DNA of 64,000 nucleotides, from the IMG/VR virus record IMGVR_UViG_3300034023_001061; one strand, written 5' to 3'. This document shows positions 9,259 through 18,294 of the stretch, piece after piece; the stretch's first letter is position 1; every line of letters starts with the position of its first letter. Source of the DNA: an uncultured virus (IMG/VR IMGVR_UViG_3300034023_001061). Taxonomy: Duplodnaviria > Heunggongvirae > Uroviricota > Caudoviricetes. Position numbers and translations under genes: made by a program. The notes under the pieces are model-generated. The model saw only the letters and a program-made list of their open reading frames with translations, had not been told where the DNA came from and made no database searches.

Positions 9259-9621
9259 ATGAACCCGAACGTCGTTCTGATGCTCACCTACGCACCTCAC
9301 CCGCTCCGCGCCGCTGGCGTTCCCGACGCCCCCGCCGCGCCGGAGTTGCCCGCGAGCACGACGCCGACCGTCGCCGCCGATGGGCGGGTGCTCGGCGTAG
9401 ACGGGCTCCTCGATCAGATTTCGGGCAGCGTCGCGCGCCAGTTCCGCGAGGAGTTGTGGCCCGAAATCCGCAGCGATCGCGAGTTACAGCGCACGGTGGG
9501 CTACGCCGTCGGGCACGGCGCCGGTCGCGAACTTCGGCCCGCGGCAACCGTCGCAGCGGCGGCACTCAGCGTCGGTGCCCTCGCGCTCGTGGTGCACGCC
9601 GTGAGGCAGTGGGACCGCTAG
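9259..9621 (+). CDS. membrane protein with LMLTYA leader
   Basis: MNPNVVLMLTYAPHPLRAAG; C-terminal hydrophobic helix. Confidence 0.7.
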   Translation: MNPNVVLMLTYAPHPLRAAGVPDAPAAPELPASTTPTVAADGRVLGVDGLLDQISGSVARQFREELWPEIRSDRELQRTVGYAVGHGAGRELRPAATVAAAALSVGALALVVHAVRQWDR

Positions 9622-10265
9622 CGGGGCAACGCTTCGGCGTCGCGCATCGCTTCGAGCACCTCGCGAAACATCTTCGCGTACCGCACTGCGCCGTCGTGAA
9701 CGCCGAATTTTTCGGTCTTGTGCACGATCCCGAGTCCGTCAAGGATCGTGAGCAGCACGTTCCCTTGACGGCGCGCGACGGCGTTGATCGCGGCCTCGAT
9801 GCGGAACCCGCTCCAGAACTCCGCGGGCACGGCGCGCAGCACGGAGGCGGCGACGACGCGCTCCCCGGTGATGGGCGGCATCGCGACTTGCAGCGCGTTC
9901 TGCACGCGCCCGTGGTCGCGCAGTCCGCACACCATCACGGCCTCGCCACTGAGAATCGGGGCGGTGAGTCGCCCGACGTGATCGGGGCGCAGTCCGATGA
10001 GGTCGGCGTCGAAGAACGCGACGGCGCCAGCGCCACGGGCAAGCGCACGTTCGACGCCCGCACGCATGGCGCCGCCCTTGCCGCCGTTCTTCGGCATGGT
10101 GTACACCTCGGCACCCGCAGCGCGAGCCACGTCGGCGGTGTTGTCGGTGCTCCCGTCGTCTACGACGGTGACACGCGAGAACGCGCCCGACGCGAGTAGC
10201 GGACACACGGCGTCGGCGACGGTGCGGGACTCGTTCCATGCGGGCACGACGGCTTCGATGAGCAT
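9618..10265 (-). CDS. glycosyltransferase family 2
   Basis: VVPAWNE, VVDDGSTDNT, GKGGAM and FFDADL motifs. Confidence 0.9.
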   Translation of the reverse strand: MLIEAVVPAWNESRTVADAVCPLLASGAFSRVTVVDDGSTDNTADVARAAGAEVYTMPKNGGKGGAMRAGVERALARGAGAVAFFDADLIGLRPDHVGRLTAPILSGEAVMVCGLRDHGRVQNALQVAMPPITGERVVAASVLRAVPAEFWSGFRIEAAINAVARRQGNVLLTILDGLGIVHKTEKFGVHDGAVRYAKMFREVLEAMRDAEALPR

Positions 10266-10350
10266 TGCGGGCGACGTTAGACCGGAAACGTCGTAGCGGG
10301 CAAGCGTAACTCGCTTGCGCTGCGCGCCGCCTGAACGGTAACGTCGCACG

Positions 10351-10620
10351 ATGCAAACGTATAACCCGAACGCGATGCTCCTCGCCACCTACGGCGTGCC
10401 CGCCGTCCGCCCCGCGGGCGAAGTGATCCCCGGCGTCTCCGACACGTATGCCGTTGTGTGGGGCGTCGCCTCGACCGTCTCGATGGCGGCGAGCGCGTAT
10501 CACGGTGTCAAGCGAAACGACAGCGTCGCCTATGGAATTTGGTGGGGGCTGATGGGAACGCTGTTCCCGATTATCACGCCCACCATCGCAGTCGCGCAGG
10601 GCTACGCGAAACGCGCGTAG
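10351..10620 (+). CDS. small membrane protein with LLATYG leader
   Basis: NPNAMLLATYGVPAVRPAG; two hydrophobic segments around AYHGVKRN. Confidence 0.7.
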   Translation: MQTYNPNAMLLATYGVPAVRPAGEVIPGVSDTYAVVWGVASTVSMAASAYHGVKRNDSVAYGIWWGLMGTLFPIITPTIAVAQGYAKRA

Positions 10621-10667
10621 CGACAACCCGCTTGCGTTTTCGTCGCTCCGTGCGGTAACGTGCCGCC

Positions 10668-12944
10668 ATGCCGACGATTCGCCGTCCGAACATTCCGCCC
10701 GCCACCGTCCGACTCACGCGCGCCGCGGGTGACGCTGCGTCGGAGGCGGCGCGACTCGTCCCGCTGCGCCTTGTCGGCGCCCCGCCGCGCTCGCGACTGT
10801 TCGTCGGCGCCTCGACGACGCCAACGCCGCAGGCCGCGGACCTCGCGGGCGACCTCACCGCGACCACCGCCGAGCCCTTCGCCTACTTCTACGTGCCGTC
10901 GGGGCAACAGACGCTCCGCATGGTCGCGCTGAACGGTGAGACGCGAACGTGGTCGGGCACCCTCACGTTTCGATCGACTGCGAACTTTCTCCGCATCCTC
11001 GGTGTGCTCGCGGCGGAGTTCGCAGCGGGCGACCTCGTGTCGCGGGCGCGTGAGTCGCTGCGATCCGTCGGGACGCGCGGGTGGAATGCGAGCGACGTAG
11101 AGGATGCCTACCGCATGGACGCCGCCCTCTCGCGCGGCACGTTTCCCGCTGGCATCGTTCCGCCACTCGAAACGCTCGCCACGCTGGCGACGGAGCAAGA
11201 GGTTCGCTGGTCCGACATGACCGTCGTCTCGGGCGCGACGGCGACGGGCACCGGCACTGGCGTCGAGTCGCGCACGCCCGACACTGGCACCGCAACCGGC
11301 GATGGCCCCGATGGCGCGGCGCCTCCCGCCCCCCGCACAGCCACCGTGCGGACGGTGACGGGCATCGGCGGTGGCACCGGAACGATCGGAGGGAGCCTCG
11401 GCGGTGGTTCGGAGCCGTCGCCGCAAGCGTGGGGAACGACGGGCAGCACGAGCGGCACATACACCGAGCGCACCGCCGCGCCCACGCTTCGCCTCGTGGG
11501 TCGTCCGCCGTACAGCGCGCTCTTCGTCGATGAAGTCGCCACGAACGCGGGCGCGTGGTCGAACCCGGCGACGTTCGATGCGTGGGTGATGCCGCTCGCC
11601 GCGGGCCGTCACACGCTGCGCATCGTCCCCGCACCGGGCGGGGGCAACGCACGCACTGCGACCGTCGATGTGCCCGCCACGGGCGAGCAGCGCGTCGAGT
11701 GGGGCACGATGGCCGAAGTACAGCCCGCCGCCGCGCCGCCTTCGCTGCGTATCGACGGGCGCCCGCAGTTCGGTATTCTCTTCGTCGATGGCACGCGAAA
11801 CGACGCGGGAGCGTGGACGGACGCCTCGCAGACGGTGTGGAAGATGCCCCTCGCGGCGGGGGATCACGCGCTCCGCATCGTTCCCGTGTCCGGTGCAGCG
11901 CGCACGGGTTCGGTGACGGTGCCCGCGACCGGCGAGGCGAACATCGCGTGGGGCATCATGGTCGAGGAGCGGCCCGCGCAGCCCGACGCTGGCCCGCCGC
12001 CGCCTCCGCCGCCGCCGCCTCCGCCTCCGCCTCCGCCGCCTCCGCCGCCGCGTGACGAACCCGCGGTCAAGCCCGATGAGCGACGCGACCCCGTGGCGAC
12101 CGCGGACGACGAGGCCGACAAGCGCGAGCAGGACGCCGCTGGCGTTCGCGCTCCCGGCATCACGATTCTCGCGGGCAGTGGCGTCGAGGGCATCACCGCG
12201 ACCCGCGTCGGTGGCGGCGCTCCGGTGGCGCTGCGCGACCTCGGCGACGGGCGGTGGGGCGTCACGCTCCCGTCCGCGGGCCGGTGGAACCTCAACGCGA
12301 TCACGTTCTCCGGCAGTCGCTCGAACCCGCAATACGACACCGACACGTCGCCCGAGCCCGTCGAGGTGGGCGCCTCCGAAGTGCTCACGCTCACCTACTC
12401 GCAGGCGTTCCGCCCTGCGAGCGTCGCGCCTCCGCAGGACCACAACACGGTCGGCGGTCGCGTGATCGTTCGCTCGACGCTCCCGAACGTCGCCGCGATG
12501 CTGCAAGGCGGGCCGACGGTGAGCGGCGATATGGCCCGCGCCGCCGACGGCACGCTCACCGCCTCCGTCGCGTCGGGCACGTACCAACTCGTGGTATGGC
12601 AAGAGTCGACGCCGATGCAGCGCACGAACGTCCGCACTGCGAACGTGACGGTGAGGGCGGGCGAGGAGGTGGCGTTCGTCTACACGGGGGCCGCGCTGGG
12701 GGCCGCGATGGTGAGCGCAACGTCGCGCGTCGAGGGGCCGAACCCGTGGGCGACGCTGATCGCCGCGGGCGCCTCGCGATCGTTCGTGCTGCTCGCGTCG
12801 TTCGGAGCGCGCCAGTCCACGACGGCGACGCCGCCCGTGCTTCCGGGGCCGAGCATGCCCGTCGATCCGAACGACGAAATGGAAACGCTCATGCGGCAGG
12901 GCACGATGTACGGTGCGCCGCCTGCGCCGGGTGGGAGTCGATGA
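10668..12944 (+). CDS. large surface/structural protein with PEGA-like beta-sandwich repeats and a polyproline linker
   Basis: repeats of LRL-x-G-x-P...LFVD...MPLAAG-x-H-x-LRIVP; long proline run. Confidence 0.7.
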   Translation: MPTIRRPNIPPATVRLTRAAGDAASEAARLVPLRLVGAPPRSRLFVGASTTPTPQAADLAGDLTATTAEPFAYFYVPSGQQTLRMVALNGETRTWSGTLTFRSTANFLRILGVLAAEFAAGDLVSRARESLRSVGTRGWNASDVEDAYRMDAALSRGTFPAGIVPPLETLATLATEQEVRWSDMTVVSGATATGTGTGVESRTPDTGTATGDGPDGAAPPAPRTATVRTVTGIGGGTGTIGGSLGGGSEPSPQAWGTTGSTSGTYTERTAAPTLRLVGRPPYSALFVDEVATNAGAWSNPATFDAWVMPLAAGRHTLRIVPAPGGGNARTATVDVPATGEQRVEWGTMAEVQPAAAPPSLRIDGRPQFGILFVDGTRNDAGAWTDASQTVWKMPLAAGDHALRIVPVSGAARTGSVTVPATGEANIAWGIMVEERPAQPDAGPPPPPPPPPPPPPPPPPPPRDEPAVKPDERRDPVATADDEADKREQDAAGVRAPGITILAGSGVEGITATRVGGGAPVALRDLGDGRWGVTLPSAGRWNLNAITFSGSRSNPQYDTDTSPEPVEVGASEVLTLTYSQAFRPASVAPPQDHNTVGGRVIVRSTLPNVAAMLQGGPTVSGDMARAADGTLTASVASGTYQLVVWQESTPMQRTNVRTANVTVRAGEEVAFVYTGAALGAAMVSATSRVEGPNPWATLIAAGASRSFVLLASFGARQSTTATPPVLPGPSMPVDPNDEMETLMRQGTMYGAPPAPGGSR
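11994..12050 (+). repeat. CCG/CCT trinucleotide tract encoding polyproline
   Basis: ccgccgccgcctccgccgccgccgcctccgcctccgcct... seen directly. Confidence 0.9.
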
Positions 12945-15304
12945 TGAACCGCGTTCTTCTTCTCACCTACGGTCGCCCGATCGTTCCCGTCGAGTGCGTG
13001 ATCGCGGCGGTCAACTCCGTGTCCGCGGCGTTCCTCGGTCGCGACGGCGTGGTGTCCGTCACCGACGCCATGAAGGACGGGCGCGCGTGCGTTCTGGTGC
13101 TCGTGGATGGCCCGCTCGACGGAGTGCTCGCGCGACTGCCGCAGAACGTCGCGGGCGTGCCCGTGTTCGCGTTGCGGAGCGGCGCGCTGCGACCGATCGC
13201 CGACGTGCCGACGTTCGCCTCCGCGGGCGAACCTGCCGCCGCGGGCAAGCCTCCATGGGCGGACTCGACCGACAACCACCCCGTCAACCCGTTCGCTCTC
13301 GCGCGACTGATGACGGGCAAGATCGTTCGCACGCGCGATGAACTCGTCGCCGCGTTCGGGATGCCGCTCGACAAGATCCTCGCAGTCGGTGGCCCGCTGT
13401 ACGCGCCCGACCTCGCCGCCATCGCTGCAAGGCGCCAGCAGTCGGCGAACGGCTCCGTGAAGGGGTCGAAACCCGCTGGCGCGGTGGGCGATGCGTCGAA
13501 GAGTTCGCAGAAGATCACGCCGCCTAAGTCCAGCGTCGCGCCGATCGTAAAACTCGCCTCTGGCAAGAGTCCGGCGGTCACGGGATACCGCGATCCGATC
13601 ATCGACCAGCTTGAGAACTTCTCTGGCGGAGTCATCGGTTGCGCGGAGTGGTTGGAGCAAACCGATGAGTGGCGACGCGGCACGCTGATCTACTATGCGC
13701 TCGCGGATGCGACGAACGCGCAGGCTATGGCCGAGCGAGTCACGAACGCTTGCCGGGACTCCGGCATCGCACCGGCAACGAACCTGAACGTGCGCAGCGG
13801 CGACGCGACGAAGGTTCGCGACTGGGTGACACCCGTGCAAGATCCCGCGGTACGGGAGCACTACACCGAAGACCCGACGACAATCGCAGCGAGACGCGCA
13901 TGGAGCACGCTCAACACGTACTTCCCGTGCCCCAACGGCGTGTGCGATACGTGCCGTGACTGGCGGCGGCTCACGCCCGACGCGAAGCGCGAACTCCTCC
14001 TCTCGTATCATCCGTTTTCATTGGCCGGGGTTACTCGCGAAAACGTGGAGTCGGTTGTCGCGAACATCGACGCCCGGTGCGCGACGATCGCGTCGTCCGC
14101 CTCGTATCGCGGCGTTCGCGATAGCAACCGGCTGCTTACGGCGACGGGTCACGGCACGAACGACTGGGCCGAACTGACGTGCCAGCAACAGTTCGATGCG
14201 CTCGCTCGCATCAACGCCGACCTCGTGCCTCCGCGCGTCACGATCGACGAGATGAAGCGCGAACTGTTTGAACAGTGGATCACGGTCTCCGCTAGCACCG
14301 GGTTATTTCTCGCAGAAGGCCCGAGGTCATGGTTTTTCTGGTCTCGCATCGGCGCCTACGCGAGTCACGCGGTGTCGGTATCCGACGCGAAACAGGGCTG
14401 CGTCGGCAACTGCTTCTTCGTCGCGTCGCTCGCTGGCGCCGCGTGGGTTCGCCCCGGTATCATCGCGGCAAGATCGTGGGATGCCAACGTGCGTTCCGCT
14501 GGAGACCCCGCGCCTGCCGCCGTGAGCAACCCGTCGGTGACGATCACATTCTCGGACCCGCGCTCGGGGTCAAACGTCAGTCACGCGGTCACCATGAGCG
14601 ATCGACTGCCCCTCGTCATCAACCCCCGCGATATGTGCGACGGCTCGCAACCGCTTTGTCACTCGCAGGGCGTCAACCAGACGTGGCCCGGCCTGTGGGA
14701 GAAGGCATTTCGGGTATGGTTGGCAGGACGTGATAATCCGCCGATGGTTCCAGACCTCAGGGATGGCAACAGCGACACCAACGCGAGGGCTTACTTCGTC
14801 AGCAACGACGTTCATCCTGCGATCAATTTCGCTGGCGGCGACGGGCAGACTTTTATTCTGTGGTATGGTGCCAGAGGACGTTCTACGGCCGGTGGGTGGC
14901 TGACGAACTTCTTCGGAGCCAATCCGACGATCGAAACTATCTGGCGCTACCTTGACGAGCACTGCGATACGGTAGGCAAGATCAAGTCGGTCGTGTTCGC
15001 TTGCTCGATTGCGCCCGACTGGAGCCCTCCCGCTGGCATCGTTCCGTCGCACGCCTACACGCTGCTCGGGATCGATCGTGCTCGCCGCATGGTCTACCTG
15101 CGCAATCCGTGGGGGCATATCTCGCCCGGTGCGCCCGCAGACCAGCGCGGATCGTGGATGGGGCTCGCGCTCGGAAACGACGACGGCGTTGGCGTCGTGA
15201 CGCTGCAATCGTTCTACGACAATTACGTCGCGATCAGTGGCAACTATTACGGGCCACGGCAGATGAACGACTACGGACTGATCCGCCAGTGGGATACACG
15301 ATGA
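12941..15304 (+). CDS. multidomain protein with C-terminal calpain-like (peptidase C2) domain and LLLTYG leader
   Basis: QGCVGNCFFVASL (Cys), WPGLWEKAF, HAYTLLG (His), YLRNPWG (Asn). Confidence 0.85.
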   Translation: MMNRVLLLTYGRPIVPVECVIAAVNSVSAAFLGRDGVVSVTDAMKDGRACVLVLVDGPLDGVLARLPQNVAGVPVFALRSGALRPIADVPTFASAGEPAAAGKPPWADSTDNHPVNPFALARLMTGKIVRTRDELVAAFGMPLDKILAVGGPLYAPDLAAIAARRQQSANGSVKGSKPAGAVGDASKSSQKITPPKSSVAPIVKLASGKSPAVTGYRDPIIDQLENFSGGVIGCAEWLEQTDEWRRGTLIYYALADATNAQAMAERVTNACRDSGIAPATNLNVRSGDATKVRDWVTPVQDPAVREHYTEDPTTIAARRAWSTLNTYFPCPNGVCDTCRDWRRLTPDAKRELLLSYHPFSLAGVTRENVESVVANIDARCATIASSASYRGVRDSNRLLTATGHGTNDWAELTCQQQFDALARINADLVPPRVTIDEMKRELFEQWITVSASTGLFLAEGPRSWFFWSRIGAYASHAVSVSDAKQGCVGNCFFVASLAGAAWVRPGIIAARSWDANVRSAGDPAPAAVSNPSVTITFSDPRSGSNVSHAVTMSDRLPLVINPRDMCDGSQPLCHSQGVNQTWPGLWEKAFRVWLAGRDNPPMVPDLRDGNSDTNARAYFVSNDVHPAINFAGGDGQTFILWYGARGRSTAGGWLTNFFGANPTIETIWRYLDEHCDTVGKIKSVVFACSIAPDWSPPAGIVPSHAYTLLGIDRARRMVYLRNPWGHISPGAPADQRGSWMGLALGNDDGVGVVTLQSFYDNYVAISGNYYGPRQMNDYGLIRQWDTR

Positions 15305-15846
15305 ACACCGCACTCCTCGCGACCTACGGTCGCACAACGGTCCCGATGCTGTTCGTCGGTCCCGTCGATTCCTCCGCCGCCGAGTACCAGTGGCTCGCCG
15401 CGAACGTTCCCGACGCGAGCGTGATCGGCCAGTCGATCATCAACCACGGTGGGCGTTTCCACGACGTTCTGCGCGTGGCGTCGCCCGCTGGCGTGCGCGA
15501 CTACCACTTCGACGTGACGCCGTTCATGGGGCTCCCGACACGCGCTGCGGGGGCCGTCGCGCCCGCAGGCGACGCAGCGACGGAGCTCCTCACGGGCGTG
15601 CTCGGGCCGCTGGCGTCGAGCGGGCAACTCGACCGCGTGGTCGATCGTCTCGGCAACCAGTTGATCGACCGCCTCCTCGCGCAACCGGAGGTGCAGCGCA
15701 CCATCGGCGATGCAATCGGCAAGGCGGCGGTGAAGGAACTCGCGGGAGGCGTCGGCAAGCCGTACGTCACCACCGTCACCGTCGCGGCGGGCATCGGCGC
15801 TGCGTCGCTCCTCGCGATCGCCGTGTTGTACGCTGCGCGGAAGTAG
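15301..15846 (+). CDS. membrane protein with LLATYG leader; C-terminal half paralogous to ORF 9259
   Basis: MNTALLATYGR; EVQRTIGDAIG versus ELQRTVGYAVG; C-terminal TM helix. Confidence 0.7.
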   Translation: MNTALLATYGRTTVPMLFVGPVDSSAAEYQWLAANVPDASVIGQSIINHGGRFHDVLRVASPAGVRDYHFDVTPFMGLPTRAAGAVAPAGDAATELLTGVLGPLASSGQLDRVVDRLGNQLIDRLLAQPEVQRTIGDAIGKAAVKELAGGVGKPYVTTVTVAAGIGAASLLAIAVLYAARK

Positions 15847-15848
15847 CG

Positions 15849-16361
15849 ATGTCGCGTCGCCGACTGCACCCGCGCAGGAACTCGACCGCGTCACGACGTT
15901 CGGTGCGAAACGGTCGGGCGAAGCCGATCGTTGCGTGGCACGCGACCGATCGCGTTTTCGATCGCTTCGACCCCGACCGTTCGGGACTCGGAACGCACTT
16001 CGGCACCTACCGCGCGGCGGCGGGGCGCAAGCGTCAAATCGGCAAGTTTCGCGGCCCCGCAGGCGAGTGGCGCGTCACGAAGTACACGCTGCGCTTCGCG
16101 TCGGCGTTGCGCACCGACGATATCGGCGGGTGGGACGACGAGCCGCAAGTCGAGTCGATGCTGCTGCGGCACGGGATCATCGCCCCGGCAGACCTTCACG
16201 ACTCACGTCGCCTCTCTGGCGCTGCGTTCTGGTCGTGGGCGAGGCGCAGACTCGCAGACGCGGGCTACGATGCGATCGTGTACGCGAACCGCGTCGAGGA
16301 TAAAGGCCGCGACTCCTACGTGGTGTGGGACAACGGAATCATCGAGACCGTGGAGCGGTGA
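15849..16361 (+). CDS. ADP-ribosyltransferase-fold protein (ART-PolyVal-like) with RRSVRNG leader
   Basis: AWHAT..FDRFD...GTHFG...AGYDAIVYAN..E...SYVVW. Confidence 0.6.
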   Translation: MSRRRLHPRRNSTASRRSVRNGRAKPIVAWHATDRVFDRFDPDRSGLGTHFGTYRAAAGRKRQIGKFRGPAGEWRVTKYTLRFASALRTDDIGGWDDEPQVESMLLRHGIIAPADLHDSRRLSGAAFWSWARRRLADAGYDAIVYANRVEDKGRDSYVVWDNGIIETVER

Positions 16362-16366
16362 AACGT

Positions 16367-16771
16367 ATGGCAACGAAACGCAAGCCGCCCGCGAGGCGAA
16401 GGTCGGTCCGAAACGGAGAAACGTCGATGGGGTTGCCCATCGTAGACCGTGAGGGGTGGGACGACGGGACAATCGTGACGTGGCTCGGTAGCCCGTTCCC
16501 GATCGCGCGGAAACCGATCGTCCCGAGTCGACTGCATCTTCAAGCGAAGCGCAAGCGCGTGACTCTATCCTCGCTCATCGGCACGCAAGACCGAGTGACC
16601 GAGAACGGCGTGAAACGATACATGAGCGACGCGGGCGACGAACTGCCTATGGTGTACAAGTACCGCGGCGAACTGTTCATCGCGGACGGGCACCACAGAC
16701 TGGTTGCTGCGTGGCTCCGTGGCAACAAGACCGCCGTCGTTCGCGTGGTCGAGGTTCCCGATCGCGAGTAG
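16367..16771 (+). CDS. ParB/Srx-like domain protein with RRSVRNG leader
   Basis: LPMVYKYRGELFIADGHHRLVAAWLRG. Confidence 0.7.
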   Translation: MATKRKPPARRRSVRNGETSMGLPIVDREGWDDGTIVTWLGSPFPIARKPIVPSRLHLQAKRKRVTLSSLIGTQDRVTENGVKRYMSDAGDELPMVYKYRGELFIADGHHRLVAAWLRGNKTAVVRVVEVPDRE

Positions 16772-16778
16772 CCATCGC

Positions 16779-16827
16779 GAAAATCGACTCGCCGCCGTAA
16801 AGAATCGCCCTCGCCCCGTCGTACAAG
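16779..16827 (+). promoter_or_regulatory. class B promoter-like motif with no long ORF downstream
   Basis: GAAAATCG...GTAAAG-19 nt-TACAAG matches the repeated motif. Confidence 0.55.
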
Positions 16828-16831
16828 TCTC

Positions 16832-17004
16832 CGAACACAACAGAGGCTTCGGCCACGCATCGCAGCGAAACTCTCGCGGCGCAAGCGAGCCGATGACCGC
16901 GGAGGCTACCATGCAACCGGAGCGGTAACGCCGCTCGACGAACGAAAACAGGCCCACGGCGGGGGCGGCGCGCACGATGCGTCGCTCCCGTCGGCATTTG
17001 TGCC
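16832..17004 (+). ncRNA. candidate structured RNA containing a 5-codon minigene
   Basis: GGC-TTCG-GCC, GAGCGG/CCGCTC and other hairpins; GGAGG-5 nt-ATG CAA CCG GAG CGG TAA. Confidence 0.35.
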
Positions 17005-17005
17005 G

Positions 17006-17042
17006 TTGACAACTCGCCCGCGCCGCGCGTAGCGTCGTGCGT
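17006..17042 (+). promoter_or_regulatory. class A sigma70-like promoter, probably leaderless
   Basis: TTGACA-18 nt-TAGCGT-7 nt-ATG. Confidence 0.7.
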
Positions 17043-17591
17043 ATGGCAACCTCGAAGAAGCCCCGCAAGTCCCGTCCCTCCGCGCTGGCGTGCAAGCGCC
17101 GTGGTCGCGCACTGGCGAAGAAGCGCACCGCGTCGGCGGGCAAGTCGCTCGCAGCGTGCCGTCGCCCCGCGAAGCGCGCCTCCGTCCGCAACGGTTCGCC
17201 GTCGAAGGCGGCGACGCTGCGCAGCCTCGACTCGTTCGCGCGCGCGTACCTCGAAGCGGCGCTCTGGTCGTCGACCGACAACGCGGACGATCGCGGCGGT
17301 GAACCGCTCGACCGCAACTACGGCCCCGAAGACATCGAGTCGAAGACGCTCGCGAAGATGGTCGCCGACTGCAAGAAGTTTCAGAAGCAGAACGCCAGCG
17401 ATATCGGCGGTGAATCGTCGCTCGCCGGTCACGACTTCTGGCTCTCGCGCAACGGTCACGGCAGCGGGTTCTTCGACAACGACGACACGTTCGGCGCCGA
17501 CGAAGCGGAGCGTCTGCAAGAGGCGGCGGAGGCGTTCGGCAACTTCGACCTCTACGTTCACCGCGGTCGCATCTACGGGTCGCGCGGGTGA
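17043..17591 (+). CDS. phage-type protein (AGHDFWLSRNGHG motif) with 51-aa basic leader ending ASVRNG
   Basis: leader nearly identical to that of ORF 45211; acidic globular domain follows. Confidence 0.75.
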   Translation: MATSKKPRKSRPSALACKRRGRALAKKRTASAGKSLAACRRPAKRASVRNGSPSKAATLRSLDSFARAYLEAALWSSTDNADDRGGEPLDRNYGPEDIESKTLAKMVADCKKFQKQNASDIGGESSLAGHDFWLSRNGHGSGFFDNDDTFGADEAERLQEAAEAFGNFDLYVHRGRIYGSRG

Positions 17592-18292
17592 TGCCGCGCG
17601 CCACGAAGAAGCACGCGCCGCCCGCGTACCGTTCGTCCGCCCCCGTGTGCGACTGCGGATCGGGCATCCCCCGCTCGGAGACCGCTGAGATCCCGAGTTC
17701 GGGCGGGCGGCGCGGCTGCGACAAGTGCTACAACCGCAAGTACGCGGCCTACGCCGACACCGACGGCGGCGGTGCGGAGTACAGCGACGATCCATCGTCG
17801 GGCTCGGGCTGGCACTACAGCCGCAACCCGCCGCAGAACTTCACGATCACGTCGGGCGGGCGCCGCATCCGCGTTGCCGGTGGCAACGTGTTCCCGTCGA
17901 AGCGCGACGCCCTCGCGGCGGCGGCGTACCTGCGCGCGACCGACGGCGGCGACTACCGCGTGCGGGCGCTCAAGCCCGGTGATTCCGTCGTCCGCGTCGC
18001 CGTGGCGAACGGCAAGAAATCGACGCGCGCCGGTAAGAAGCGCGGCGCTACGGGCGTACGACGGAGCATGAGCAACGGACGCACGAAGTCGCAGACCGAA
18101 ACCTCGAATCCCTTCGCCGACGCTCACGAGCGCAGGGTGCGGGAGTGGTACGCCGACCAGACGGACAACCGCCTGCGATCGCTCTACACGGGCGCGTGGG
18201 ACGCGAACGACGCCGACGGGGCTCGTTATGCGGTCGCAGAAATGAAGCGGCGCGGCTTCGATACGAGCATGTACCGCTGGCCCGGTCTGTAG
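17591..18292 (+). CDS. basic multi-segment protein with internal SRNP, ANG and RRSMSNG motifs
   Basis: N-terminal CxC/CxxC segment, then segments separated by N-[G/P] motifs. Confidence 0.65.
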   Translation: MPRATKKHAPPAYRSSAPVCDCGSGIPRSETAEIPSSGGRRGCDKCYNRKYAAYADTDGGGAEYSDDPSSGSGWHYSRNPPQNFTITSGGRRIRVAGGNVFPSKRDALAAAAYLRATDGGDYRVRALKPGDSVVRVAVANGKKSTRAGKKRGATGVRRSMSNGRTKSQTETSNPFADAHERRVREWYADQTDNRLRSLYTGAWDANDADGARYAVAEMKRRGFDTSMYRWPGL

Positions 18293-18294
18293 CC

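Noticed and set aside
10602..12602. 666-aa minus-strand ORF with a poly-Arg run
   Set aside because: Antisense shadow of the PEGA-like gene and its proline tract.
16890..16952. Hammerhead-like CCGATGA...CGAAA spacing
   Set aside because: The core differs from CUGANGA and I could not build the three stems.
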